Shown here piece by piece: positions 1 through 9,226 of a stretch of 64,000 nt of DNA. Made by a program: the position numbers and the translations under genes. A model generated the notes under the pieces. That model saw only the letters and a program-made list of their open reading frames with translations. It did not search any database and was not told the origin of the DNA. Location: positions 13,026 through 77,025 of the forward strand of contig CAVKEB010000007.1 of assembly GCA_963655255.1 (NCBI GenBank), written 5' to 3'. This DNA is from a bacterium (lineage in GTDB: Bacteria > Bacillota > Clostridia > Lachnospirales > Lachnospiraceae). Numbering within the stretch: the stretch's first letter is position 1; each line of letters starts with the position of its first letter.

Positions 1-1241
1 AAAGGCCGAAGGTGCGGTGCAGGACTGAGAGGCCCCTCCACCGGAAGGTCCGTGTTCAACTCCTTCATTTCCAGCGCCGTTCTCCGTGCGCCTCCTGTCA
101 GAAGAAGCCGCCGTTCATCACAGGCATCCAGTACCTTCTCCCCGAATTCCAGGAGACGGTCCGCTGCCGTCTGCGCATTCCAGCTGCCCGTAATCGCCCG
201 GTAAGAGGTTTCCGCAAAGCGCTCACACAGCTCCGGATCGTCAATCAGACGCTCCGTCTTTACCGCAAGATCCTCCAGGTCACCGTCCGCGTAGATATAC
301 CCGTTGACGCCGTTCTGAATCAGATACGGCACAGCTCCCGCCTGTGCATCCGCCACCGGAGCACAGCCGCTGTTCATCGCTTCGTTCAGAACGGCTCCCC
401 AGCCTTCGCCGTGATCACTGGTGAAAACAAAAATGTCACTGTGCTCCATCACATCCCGGACCACCTCCGGCGCGCAGAGGCCATGAAAAATCACCATCTC
501 CTCAAGGCCGTGCTCCGTCACGTAGCGGTGCGCTTCCTCTTCCCGGCCCGCATCCCCGGTGCTGTCTCCTCCGATCACATGCAGAAGGAATTTTTTCCCG
601 TCCTTCTGCAGCCGGTCCGCCAGCTCCAGCACGCGTTCCACATGCTTAAACCCGACAAAGCGTCCCGCCCAGACCAGCTCCGCGGTGTCCCGGCCCCCGC
701 GGCGGCGGATCGGCGGCTTTCCGTCCTCGTATGAAACCAGCGGCGGGAAATAGCCCCAGCAGTACTTTTTGCCGGGGAATGCCCCGATCAGCCCGAAATC
801 CGATGCCACATAGGCACCCGCACACAGAAGGAAATACGGCTCCTTCCGGAACTGCGTAAATGCCCGGTACTTGCTGACGAGTCCCCGCGGAGAGACGGCC
901 TTCCACTGACCGTCCTTGTAAATCCTCTCGCTGATCTGAAAAACAGGCCGGTGAATCCGCAGTCTTTTCGCAAGAAGCTCCTGAATCTCCGGAACCCAGC
1001 CGACAATCAGGATGTCGCAGGACATGATCTCCCGCTCCGCTTCCTTCCTGTCCTCACTCCACTTCAGGACCCAGTCCAGCTCTTTCGAGCGGTCCTTCCA
1101 TCCCATATTCCGCCGCTCCTGTTCCATCTCCTCCATCTGCACGAAAACAAATCCGCTGCCGATCCGGCTTCGCAGAGCCTCGCAGAACGGAATCTGATGA
1201 TGGTTGATGTAATTGGACACAAAGGTTACCGTAAGCGGCAT
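1..1241 (-). CDS. GT4 family glycosyltransferase, 3'-truncated by the window edge (absent from the ORF track)
   Basis: Manual translation from ATG 1241: MPLTVTFVSNYINHHQIPFC...WAGRFVGFKH...FVFTSDHGEGWGAVLNEAMNSGC (GT-B EX7E motif). The frame stays open to base 1. Confidence 0.85.
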   Translation of the reverse strand, partial: MPLTVTFVSNYINHHQIPFCEALRSRIGSGFVFVQMEEMEQERRNMGWKDRSKELDWVLKWSEDRKEAEREIMSCDILIVGWVPEIQELLAKRLRIHRPVFQISERIYKDGQWKAVSPRGLVSKYRAFTQFRKEPYFLLCAGAYVASDFGLIGAFPGKKYCWGYFPPLVSYEDGKPPIRRRGGRDTAELVWAGRFVGFKHVERVLELADRLQKDGKKFLLHVIGGDSTGDAGREEEAHRYVTEHGLEEMVIFHGLCAPEVVRDVMEHSDIFVFTSDHGEGWGAVLNEAMNSGCAPVADAQAGAVPYLIQNGVNGYIYADGDLEDLAVKTERLIDDPELCERFAETSYRAITGSWNAQTAADRLLEFGEKVLDACDERRLLLTGGARRTALEMKELNTDLPVEGPLSPAPHLRP

Positions 1242-1256
1242 CGCGGCTTCCCCCTT

Positions 1257-2564
1257 CTATGTACAGATGCTGCGGTAAATTTCCAGAAGACGCAGATAAT
1301 TCGTGTGCGGATTGTGGCGGACCACGGCCTCCTTATGCGCCGCGCTGGCAAGCCGACAGGCAAACTGATCGTTTTCGAACAGATTGCAGACATCCTCGGC
1401 AATGGCCTGTGAATCCCCGCACGAAAACAGCAGGCCCTCCGCACCGTTTTCCACGAGATCGCCGATACCGCCCACCTTCGCGGCCACCACCGGCATTCCG
1501 AGCAGCATCGCCTCGCACAGGGAATTCGGTGAATTCTCCATCACAGACGGACAGACGAAGACGTGGCTTTTCACGAACTGCGCTTTCATTTCCTCCGCGG
1601 AAAGGGACCCCAGCATAATGACATGCCCTTCCAGATGACCCTCGCGGATCAGCTTCTTCAGATATCTTCCATAAGCGGTAATCCACAGTGCGGAAGGCAG
1701 CTTTTTCGCGGGAATCCTGCCGCCGACATTCCCGATGATGGAATTGCCAGCCACATAGAGCTTCGCGTCCGGATATTCCTTCAGAATCTTCGGCATCGCC
1801 TGCAGAACAAAATGGAAGCCCTTCAGCGGATAGTCGCCCTGGCTCAAGAAAATGCTATGCTTCTCGACTCCGTTGAGATCCCAGCGGCCCTCATAGAATT
1901 CCGGTCGGAGCGTCTCGTTCATCAGATGGTAAACCGCCTCCGGGTGGATGTCAGAGGTTCCCTCCCGGTCGAACGCGGTCCGCCCGGTGATGTGCAGAGC
2001 CTCCCGGATCGTACTGCGTTCGTTCTCCGCGCGCAGGCGGAATTTCTCCTGCTGCTCCCTCAGAGAATCGCGTCGCACGATGTCACGAAAGGTCCGGGAA
2101 CGCTGCACCTTGTACGGGAGTTCCGCCATGTAAGAATCCGCGATTGCCCCGCACAGGCCCTGAATGCCGACCAGCGTCCTCTCCGGGCGCTGAAAGGCGC
2201 GGACCATCGCCAGGGAATGCGGAAACTCCGTTCCGAAAATATGCACCATATCCGGCTTGAAATCCCTCAGAATCTCCAGAAAACGTTCCACCAGGTTCCC
2301 GTCATAGACCTCCGGCGTATCCAGATTCTCGGTATATCCGTAGAACACCGCGCCCTCAATCTCTCTCCGGCAGCCGGCCAGTTGTTCCGGAACAGGGACA
2401 CAGACCCCGAGCTCAATCAGATTTTCACTTTTGCCAGCCTCCACCTTCTCATTGACCAGACGGTGAAAGCTTCCTGTCAGCCACCCCTCCCGGTTGGACG
2501 AAGGAAGTCCCTCCGCCTTTGCAAAAATGGGCAGCATGATATTACAAAGCCATAAAACTCTCAT
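1257..2564 (-). CDS. GT4 family glycosyltransferase
   Basis: MRVLWLCN start; FVCPSVMENSPNSLCEAMLLGMPVVA GT-B motif; operon context. Confidence 0.88.
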   Translation of the reverse strand: MRVLWLCNIMLPIFAKAEGLPSSNREGWLTGSFHRLVNEKVEAGKSENLIELGVCVPVPEQLAGCRREIEGAVFYGYTENLDTPEVYDGNLVERFLEILRDFKPDMVHIFGTEFPHSLAMVRAFQRPERTLVGIQGLCGAIADSYMAELPYKVQRSRTFRDIVRRDSLREQQEKFRLRAENERSTIREALHITGRTAFDREGTSDIHPEAVYHLMNETLRPEFYEGRWDLNGVEKHSIFLSQGDYPLKGFHFVLQAMPKILKEYPDAKLYVAGNSIIGNVGGRIPAKKLPSALWITAYGRYLKKLIREGHLEGHVIMLGSLSAEEMKAQFVKSHVFVCPSVMENSPNSLCEAMLLGMPVVAAKVGGIGDLVENGAEGLLFSCGDSQAIAEDVCNLFENDQFACRLASAAHKEAVVRHNPHTNYLRLLEIYRSICT

Positions 2565-2613
2565 TCTTTCCCAATATCCTGTTTCTCTGCAGACCGTCCA
2601 TAACACTGCGGAA

Positions 2614-2641
2614 GATTTTGCCTCAGCGAGGTATAAACATG
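2614..2641 (+). repeat. Modular palindromic repeat family, copy a (terminal module only)
   Basis: GATTTTGCCTCAGCGAGGTATAAACATG matches the SD-bearing end of the other copies; antisense to the EPS operon. Confidence 0.75.
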
Positions 2642-2673
2642 AATTCTCCGCAGTGGCCGGTTTGTCTGCCTTC

Positions 2674-3486
2674 TCATTTCTTATGATAGATTCGGTTCTT
2701 CACCCAATCATAGCACGCCGCCGTGCGCGGAGAAGACGCCAGCTTCTCCCGAACCGGCTGCAGGCTCAGAATCATCGCCGTGCGGAACAGCCGCACTTCT
2801 TTTTTCGTAAAATACCGCTCCGCGATTTCCCGGTGCTCTCTTGCGGACAGCTCACGGCTTTCCCTCGTCTCGGAGAAGCCTCCGCCCTCGTAATCCGCAA
2901 CGATCCGGTTCATTGCCACCGCCTTTGCACCATGCCGGATCACACACCACAGAAAGTGCTCATAGTCGGCCCGCACGCAATAGCGAAGATCAAAGGCTCT
3001 CGTCTCAAACAGATCTCTGGAATAGAAGCACGCCTGATGGCAGGGAAGATTCCGGTACATGGCAAAATGCGTCATCTCCGGCTTGGCCGCAGCGCGCTGC
3101 CCGGTCTTCTCTTCCAGGACATCTCCATAGAAAATCCGGCCGTCGGATACGTCCTGCTCTTCGGCCTTTCGGATGTCTTCTGCTGTCTTCTCCAGTACAT
3201 CCGGTGCATGCAGCGTATCGCCGCAGTTCAGGAAATACAGATACTCTCCTTTTGCCGCGGCGATCGCCTGGTTCATGCCGTCATAGATTCCGCTGTCCTT
3301 CTCCTGAATGAGACGGATTCTTCTATCCCGGGGCAGGGCCTCAATACTTCCGTCCCTGGAGCCCGCATCCTTCACAATGACCTCGTAATCCGAAAAGGTT
3401 TGTGTCAGGATGCTCTCCATGGTTTTCCGAAGCCGCGGTCCCGCATGAAAGCTTGGCGTGATAATACTGAAAAATGGCGTGTTCAT
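2674..3486 (-). CDS. GT2 family glycosyltransferase (WcaE-like)
   Basis: FSIITPS...DAGSRDGS...DSGIYDGMNQ...FLNCGD GT-A motifs. Confidence 0.88.
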   Translation of the reverse strand: MNTPFFSIITPSFHAGPRLRKTMESILTQTFSDYEVIVKDAGSRDGSIEALPRDRRIRLIQEKDSGIYDGMNQAIAAAKGEYLYFLNCGDTLHAPDVLEKTAEDIRKAEEQDVSDGRIFYGDVLEEKTGQRAAAKPEMTHFAMYRNLPCHQACFYSRDLFETRAFDLRYCVRADYEHFLWCVIRHGAKAVAMNRIVADYEGGGFSETRESRELSAREHREIAERYFTKKEVRLFRTAMILSLQPVREKLASSPRTAACYDWVKNRIYHKK

Positions 3487-3519
3487 TGCATTCTCCGAAC
3501 AGAAAACAGTACATTCCTT

Positions 3520-4719
3520 TTAATAGCCACTTCCTCCGACGCTGGCAGACGGCGTTCGGTTCAAATCGTGAAACAGAAAGCTCTTATAAGGAAGAATTTT
3601 GATCGTGTCACGGTAAGCGGTCCGGAGAAACAGCGCGAAAAACAGCATCACCGCCAGAATCACCAGCACGGTCAGAAGTTTTTTCTCCTTCCGTCCTCTT
3701 CCCTCTTCCGGAATGCGGCTCAGCAGCATCGGAAGATAGAAGATCTGCGTGAAAGTCAGATAATAGCAGATGCGCGAGATCTCCGGGATGAACCAGCCGA
3801 ACACATAGAGAAGGAGTCCGAAATACGTGCTGTTCCAATACAGCGTAAGCTCTCTTTCCCGAAACGCCGTTTCCCGTCCGGCCGCGGGCTGTATCCTGCC
3901 TGTCTCTTCCTGCTGCAGCCCCTTCTCCGCTTCCATGCGTCTTTGCACCGGCAGTGCCAGAAGAAGCACCGCGGCGCAGCGCGCGATGTTGACCCAGGAG
4001 ACACTGGTCCCTGCTGCCAGGTCCACGGTTCCCTCCCAGGAGGGATACAGCTCCAGAAGAAAGTTCAGTGCCTTCTCATGAAAAAGAAGCACCGCCATGC
4101 CAAGAGCCGCACCCGCCGCCAGTTCCCTTTTTCTCCACCTGTGCATGGCGAGCGGATACAGAACAATCGTCACCAGTGCCGACTTGTGAAACAGGGAAGC
4201 CAGAAGAACCAGGGCGGCAAAACCCGCGTAATTTCTCTTCAGGAGGCAGGTCATCGCCGCCAGTGCAAGAGAGAGCGCGAAGTAATACCGCATGGTATTG
4301 AAGCTCTGGTAATAATACCCGAACATCATGAACAGGAAGAAGGAGAAGCAGAAGTTCTCCGCCTGCTTCCGGATGACCGCCAGCATCAGAAGAATGGTCA
4401 GAACCGCGTAAACTGCAAAAATCAGCAGGTAATTCTCATATCCACAGATCCCGTAGAGGAGCTTTGCCAGCCAGTTGAATCCCGCCTCCGTCGGCACATA
4501 GGCATCAATCGACGCGAGATGGAAGAATTCCACATACCGCAGGTAATCGTTGCCGGTTTCCTGCCGAAGAACCGCGGGAAGAATCAGGATCAGCGCAATC
4601 AGGCCGAGGCAGGTTTTCTGCAGAAGCATGCCGCGGCTTCCCCTTCCCATCCCTTCCGTTTTATTCACAACAGCGGCAGCCGCCACCGCAGCTGCCGCGA
4701 TCAGCAGGTAAAGCACCAT
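3520..4719 (-). CDS. EpsG-family polysaccharide polymerase (Wzy-like)
   Basis: Polytopic membrane protein with LRxxTGNDY and ASLFHKSA motifs, inside the glycosyltransferase cluster. Confidence 0.8.
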   Translation of the reverse strand: MVLYLLIAAAAVAAAAVVNKTEGMGRGSRGMLLQKTCLGLIALILILPAVLRQETGNDYLRYVEFFHLASIDAYVPTEAGFNWLAKLLYGICGYENYLLIFAVYAVLTILLMLAVIRKQAENFCFSFFLFMMFGYYYQSFNTMRYYFALSLALAAMTCLLKRNYAGFAALVLLASLFHKSALVTIVLYPLAMHRWRKRELAAGAALGMAVLLFHEKALNFLLELYPSWEGTVDLAAGTSVSWVNIARCAAVLLLALPVQRRMEAEKGLQQEETGRIQPAAGRETAFRERELTLYWNSTYFGLLLYVFGWFIPEISRICYYLTFTQIFYLPMLLSRIPEEGRGRKEKKLLTVLVILAVMLFFALFLRTAYRDTIKILPYKSFLFHDLNRTPSASVGGSGY

Positions 4720-4720
4720 C

Positions 4721-5572
4721 TCAGGCTTCCTTCATTCCTTTTCTCATGATACGGTACGCCCGCCGGACCGGAATCTGCACGCACATGGTCTTCCTGTGCG
4801 CCAGAAGGAACCGCAGGGCCATGCAGCTCTGCAGATGTCCGTACAGGTAGTGATAAAGAACGCCTCTGTCATAGAAGAATTTCTCGTTGTATCCGGAAAA
4901 CCAGGTGGAGGACTCGTCCTCTCTTGCTTCCTCATGGCCGATTCCGATCGGAACCGCCCAGATTCTCAGCCCCTTCTGCAGACAGTCGTGAATGAACAGG
5001 CTGTCCTCTCCATTCGAGTACCGGGCTCCGCCGCCAAAGAGCAGGGAAAACCACACATTCGCCCGGCGCAGGCTGTCAAGCCTTGCCGCCATGGCATAGG
5101 TCGGGTAACGTCCGTAATTGTACCAGCGGACTCTGCGGACCTTCCGGTTCTCATAGGTCCTGCGGCCTTCCACGGCCTTCACATTGAACATCAGAATATC
5201 TGCCTTCGGATTCTCCTGAAAGGCCTTCAGGACGCTGTTCTCGTAGTCATCGTCATAGACAATGTCCTCATCGGCGAACAGCACATACTCCGCATCCGCA
5301 CGTATCAGCGCATTGTTCCGGTTGCGTCCGACCCCGCGCTCATTGAACGCCAACGTCCGGATCAGGCGTCCCTTCCGCTCGAACTCGCGATAGGAAACCT
5401 CCTGACACTGGTTGCAGATCACCGCCTCCGTGGACAGATTCATGTGATCTGCCAGCGTGATGTCATTCTCCTGCACGGCGGCCACCAGAACCTCCAGCAA
5501 GGCCTTGCCTTTTCCGCCCGTCTGATCCGGATTCCGTTCATCAATCCGGTTGTAAACCTTATTTTCGTCCAT
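4721..5572 (-). CDS. GT2 family glycosyltransferase
   Basis: RGVGRNRNNAL...VLFADED (DxD) and GEDSLF motifs. Confidence 0.82.
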   Translation of the reverse strand: MDENKVYNRIDERNPDQTGGKGKALLEVLVAAVQENDITLADHMNLSTEAVICNQCQEVSYREFERKGRLIRTLAFNERGVGRNRNNALIRADAEYVLFADEDIVYDDDYENSVLKAFQENPKADILMFNVKAVEGRRTYENRKVRRVRWYNYGRYPTYAMAARLDSLRRANVWFSLLFGGGARYSNGEDSLFIHDCLQKGLRIWAVPIGIGHEEAREDESSTWFSGYNEKFFYDRGVLYHYLYGHLQSCMALRFLLAHRKTMCVQIPVRRAYRIMRKGMKEA

Positions 5573-6662
5573 AATATTTCTTCAGAAATGTTCCATCCGC
5601 ATCCATCAGAATCAGGCCCGCCGTTGCTTCCTGCCTGGCCTTTCTCTGTGTCAGCAGATGATCCGTTCCGGTTCCGTTTGCCTTTCCGAAAGGAATCGCC
5701 GCAAGAACAGCCCCGGTCTCCTCTCCGCAGACAGAGATTCCGAACTGAGTCCGCAACTTCTCTTCCGCCTTTCTGGTAAGCTCCGGATCCTCCGACACAA
5801 TCCGCACGCCCTTTGGATACCGGGCAAGGAGCTTTGCTGCCTCCCTGCGGTTTTCCTCTCTCAGGAAAGCCGGAAGGCTGTCTTCCGGTTCCTCTTTGTT
5901 TTCCTCCCCGGAAGCGGCCTGCTTCTTCGTTTTTCTATTTCTGCGCGCCCCGCTGCTCTCACTCTCATCGGCGGCCACCAGCAGCACCGGAAGTCCGTAG
6001 CGCCTTGCCGCATCCTCCGGACAATACACGCCGTCATTGAGCAGTTCGCAGATCCACAGCGCTGCCGCACTGATCAGGAATCCGAGAAGTCCTCCCAGAA
6101 TCCCCGCGTTCCGGCTCCGGTCCGTCACCACCACCTGTTCCACATCTCCGGAGGACAGATACTCGATTCTCTGAAACTCCTCTGCCGTGTGGCCGTAGCG
6201 CACGAGGGCATCCTGCACCGCATTCGTCAGCTCCTGCACATTCTGCGGATCCCGGTCCGTCACCTGAATGGTCAGCACCCGGACATCCGAAAGAATCTGC
6301 GCTTCAATGTCCTGCCGCGCCGTTTCCATGTCCATTCCGTCCGGGAGCTCCGCTTCGATGACCTGCGAGATCGCGGGCACCGAGAAAAGAAGATCATTCC
6401 AGGTGTAATCGTTGTAGTAGTCCTGCGGATTCCCCGCGGCGTCATTTCCAAAGGTCAGATAGTATTTGGAGGTCTGCCGGTACTGCCTCTGCCCGGTCAG
6501 CCGGAGCCAGAGTCCGGTATAAATCACCACTGCCGCGAGTGCTCCGATCACCGTCCAGGCCGGAATCCACCACAGCGCCTTCCGAAGCCGCAGCCAGAGG
6601 CTCCGTCGGTTGACGGTTTCCTCCATATGTGCCGGCATCTGTTCTGTCCTGTGCTCCATCAC
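5559..6662 (-). CDS. Polysaccharide chain-length determinant (Wzz/CpsC-like) with a C-terminal cytoplasmic domain
   Basis: Two TM segments flanking a loop; GILGGLLG and YGLPVL motifs; adjacent to the priming transferase. Confidence 0.7.
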   Translation of the reverse strand: MMEHRTEQMPAHMEETVNRRSLWLRLRKALWWIPAWTVIGALAAVVIYTGLWLRLTGQRQYRQTSKYYLTFGNDAAGNPQDYYNDYTWNDLLFSVPAISQVIEAELPDGMDMETARQDIEAQILSDVRVLTIQVTDRDPQNVQELTNAVQDALVRYGHTAEEFQRIEYLSSGDVEQVVVTDRSRNAGILGGLLGFLISAAALWICELLNDGVYCPEDAARRYGLPVLLVAADESESSGARRNRKTKKQAASGEENKEEPEDSLPAFLREENRREAAKLLARYPKGVRIVSEDPELTRKAEEKLRTQFGISVCGEETGAVLAAIPFGKANGTGTDHLLTQRKARQEATAGLILMDADGTFLKKYYGRK

Positions 6663-8158
6663 GAAACTCCCCCGCCCGGCGTTTCCCGCGCTGCTGCAGA
6701 AGCAGACTCCTTCGGCGCTTCCGTCCTCTCCGCATCTGCAGAGGATTCCGAAACCGGCTGCGTCTTCTCCGCGGGGTTCTCCTGCATCGCCGTTACCTGT
6801 CCGTCCGCTACTCCTTCCGTTGCCTCCGGCGTAAAGACAATCTTCAGTGTCAGGAGCATCAGCTTTAGATCCAGGCCAAGCGAATAATTCTGAATATACG
6901 TAAGATCCAGCTTCAGCTTGTCATAAGGCGTCGTGTTGTATTTGCCGTAGACCTGCGCGTACCCGGCAAGTCCTGCCTTGACCTTCATGCGGTAGGCAAA
7001 CTCCGGCATTTCTTCCATATACTGGGCAATGATCTCCGGCCGTTCGGGTCTGGGACCGATGAACGACATCTCGCCCTTCAGAATGTTGATCAGCTGCGGA
7101 AGCTCATCAATCCGCGTCTTGCGGATGAAATGTCCCACCGGCGTGATGCGGTCGTCATGCTCCGAGGCAAGGCGGGCCACACCGTCCTTTTCCGCATCCA
7201 CCTTCATGCTGCGGAACTTGATGATCCTGAACTCTTTCTGATTCAATGTGCAGCGCACCTGCTTGTAAAATACGGGGCCATGATCATACAGCCGGATCAA
7301 AATCGCCGTAATGAGGAAAAACGGTGACGTCAGAACCAGAAGAATCAGCGCGCAGACAATGTCTACCGCCCGCTTGCAGAACCTCTCTCCGAAGGTCAGT
7401 GCATATTCCTTCGTCAGATAAATCGGCGTATCGAACAGATGGAGCTGCGTCGATCCCTTGACCAGAACATCCGGAATCTTCGGCATCATGTACTGCCGCA
7501 CGCCGTTCGCGTAGCAGAACTTCATCAGCTCATTCCGGTCCATGGTAGGAATATCCCACAGAACGACCGCCATTCCGCCGGATTCCAGAATTTCCTGTTT
7601 GATTTTCTCCACGCCTTCGGAAATGCAGACCGTTCTGGTGACATCGTACTTTTCCGGCCGGCTCGCGAACTTCTGCAGAATCGACTCTGCATTCCGCTCG
7701 CCGTAAACCAGAAGGAGCTTCGTCGGCGGGAAGACCTTGTGATAAACCCGGTCGGAAATCCGGATCCACAGCACCGCAAATCCGATCTGAACCAGCGTCG
7801 CCAGAAGAGCCCATCCGATCGGCAGCAGCCAGTTGCGCAGCAGTGAATCCTGCAGATACGTGAAGGCATTGACGATCAGAAGCGAGAAAATCTGCGACAG
7901 GCTGACGTCAAACGGTTTCTGATATCCCACATCCATGCCGCCATAGGTTTTCGTCAGGAACAGGAGCAGCACGAAATATAAAAGAAGCACCAGAATGTGC
8001 CCGTTCAGCCAGAATTTCAGCCGCAGCCGCACCAGCGGATAGTAGATGGAAAACCACAGCCACGCGTAAATCAGCGTCTGAATCAGAATGCCGGCAAGCG
8101 GCATTTCCAGCGCGGCAATGCGCCGCACGGATTGTCGTCGGTTTGTAGTCTGCTTCAT
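6659..8158 (-). CDS. Priming undecaprenyl-phosphate glycosyl-1-phosphate transferase (CpsE/WcaJ family)
   Basis: KFRSM, DDRIT, IDELPQLINILKGEMSFIGPRPE motifs; N-terminal TM helices. Confidence 0.93.
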   Translation of the reverse strand: MKQTTNRRQSVRRIAALEMPLAGILIQTLIYAWLWFSIYYPLVRLRLKFWLNGHILVLLLYFVLLLFLTKTYGGMDVGYQKPFDVSLSQIFSLLIVNAFTYLQDSLLRNWLLPIGWALLATLVQIGFAVLWIRISDRVYHKVFPPTKLLLVYGERNAESILQKFASRPEKYDVTRTVCISEGVEKIKQEILESGGMAVVLWDIPTMDRNELMKFCYANGVRQYMMPKIPDVLVKGSTQLHLFDTPIYLTKEYALTFGERFCKRAVDIVCALILLVLTSPFFLITAILIRLYDHGPVFYKQVRCTLNQKEFRIIKFRSMKVDAEKDGVARLASEHDDRITPVGHFIRKTRIDELPQLINILKGEMSFIGPRPERPEIIAQYMEEMPEFAYRMKVKAGLAGYAQVYGKYNTTPYDKLKLDLTYIQNYSLGLDLKLMLLTLKIVFTPEATEGVADGQVTAMQENPAEKTQPVSESSADAERTEAPKESASAAARETPGGGVS

Positions 8159-9090
8159 CAGTCAAGCTCTTCCTTTGTGATGTAAATCGGGCGGTTCTTC
8201 ACTTCCAGATAGGTTTTGGACAGATACTGGCCGATCACGCCGAGGCACAGCAGCTGAATGCCGCTCACCATCAGAATGATGCAGACCATGCTCGGCCACC
8301 CGCTCGTGGGATCTCCCATCAGAAGCTTCCGGATAATGACAAATACAATCATCAGGAACGCAATGACACAGAACAGAACACCGACAAACGCCGCCATGGC
8401 AAGCGGCACCGTCGAATATGCCACGATTCCGTCCATCGCATAGACAAAAAGCTTCCAGAAGGACCACTTGGTCTCTCCGTATCTGCGTTCCACGTTCTCG
8501 AACTCAATCCAGCGGGTCCGAAAACCCACCCACTCAAAGATGCCCTTTGAGAAGCGGTTGTATTCCTTCACCGAGAGAATTGCGTCCACCACGCAGCGCT
8601 TCATCAGGCGGAAATCTCTCGCACCGTCCACAATTTCCGTCTTCGAGAACTTATTGATCAGCTTATAGAACTGCCTCGCGAAGAAGGAACGGATCGGCGG
8701 TTCTCCCTTTCTCGTCACTCTTCTCGTCGCGGCCTGATCATAGCCGTCCCAGAGATAGCCGAACATTTCCGGAAGGAGCGACGGCGGATCCTGAAGGTCC
8801 GCATCCATCACGGCCACGTAGTCGCCCTTTGCGTGCTCGAGCCCCGCATACATGGCGGCTTCCTTTCCGAAGTTGCGGGAAAAGGAGATCAGATGAACTC
8901 TTCCATCCTTCTGCCGGAGCTCCTTCACCTTCTCCACCGTCCTGTCCTTCGAGCCGTCATCTACATACAGCAGCTCGAATTCCAGATCATGCTCCCGGAA
9001 AAAGGGCTCATTCTTCATGAATTCCTGATAGAAATAATCGATATTTTCCTCTTCGTTGTAACAAGGAACAATTGCTGAAAATAAGCTCAT
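8158..9090 (-). CDS. GT2 polyprenol-phosphate glycosyltransferase (GtrB/YkcC-like)
   Basis: IVPCYNEE, FSRNFGKEAA, DADLQDPP and two C-terminal TMs. Start placed at ATG 9090; the ORF-track extension to 9189 is repeat sequence. Confidence 0.9.
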   Translation of the reverse strand: MSLFSAIVPCYNEEENIDYFYQEFMKNEPFFREHDLEFELLYVDDGSKDRTVEKVKELRQKDGRVHLISFSRNFGKEAAMYAGLEHAKGDYVAVMDADLQDPPSLLPEMFGYLWDGYDQAATRRVTRKGEPPIRSFFARQFYKLINKFSKTEIVDGARDFRLMKRCVVDAILSVKEYNRFSKGIFEWVGFRTRWIEFENVERRYGETKWSFWKLFVYAMDGIVAYSTVPLAMAAFVGVLFCVIAFLMIVFVIIRKLLMGDPTSGWPSMVCIILMVSGIQLLCLGVIGQYLSKTYLEVKNRPIYITKEELD

Positions 9091-9092
9091 TT

Positions 9093-9208
9093 TTATACCC
9101 CGCTGAGGCAAAATCCGCGAAGGCGGTTTTGCCGAATGCGGCAGCACCGATGCTGCAGTTTGAAAGTGACATATCAATGTCACTTTCAAACTTATCCCTC
9201 GCTGAGGC
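9093..9208 (-). repeat. Modular palindromic repeat family, copy b
   Basis: CGCTGAGGC at both ends (99-bp period). Hairpins: GGCAAAATCCGC-GAAG-GCGGTTTTGCC, GCAGCA-CCGA-TGCTGC, and the perfect 16-bp AGTTTGAAAGTGACAT-ATCA-ATGTCACTTTCAAACT (9157-9192). Confidence 0.95.
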
Positions 9209-9226
9209 TTTTACCAAGCCATTTCG

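Noticed and set aside
2494..4749. 751-aa + strand ORF (also 12..734, 1563..2555, 4796..5779, 5658..6887)
   Set aside because: Antisense shadows of motif-bearing EPS genes; Arg/Pro/His-rich with no motifs, as expected from GC-rich codon bias.
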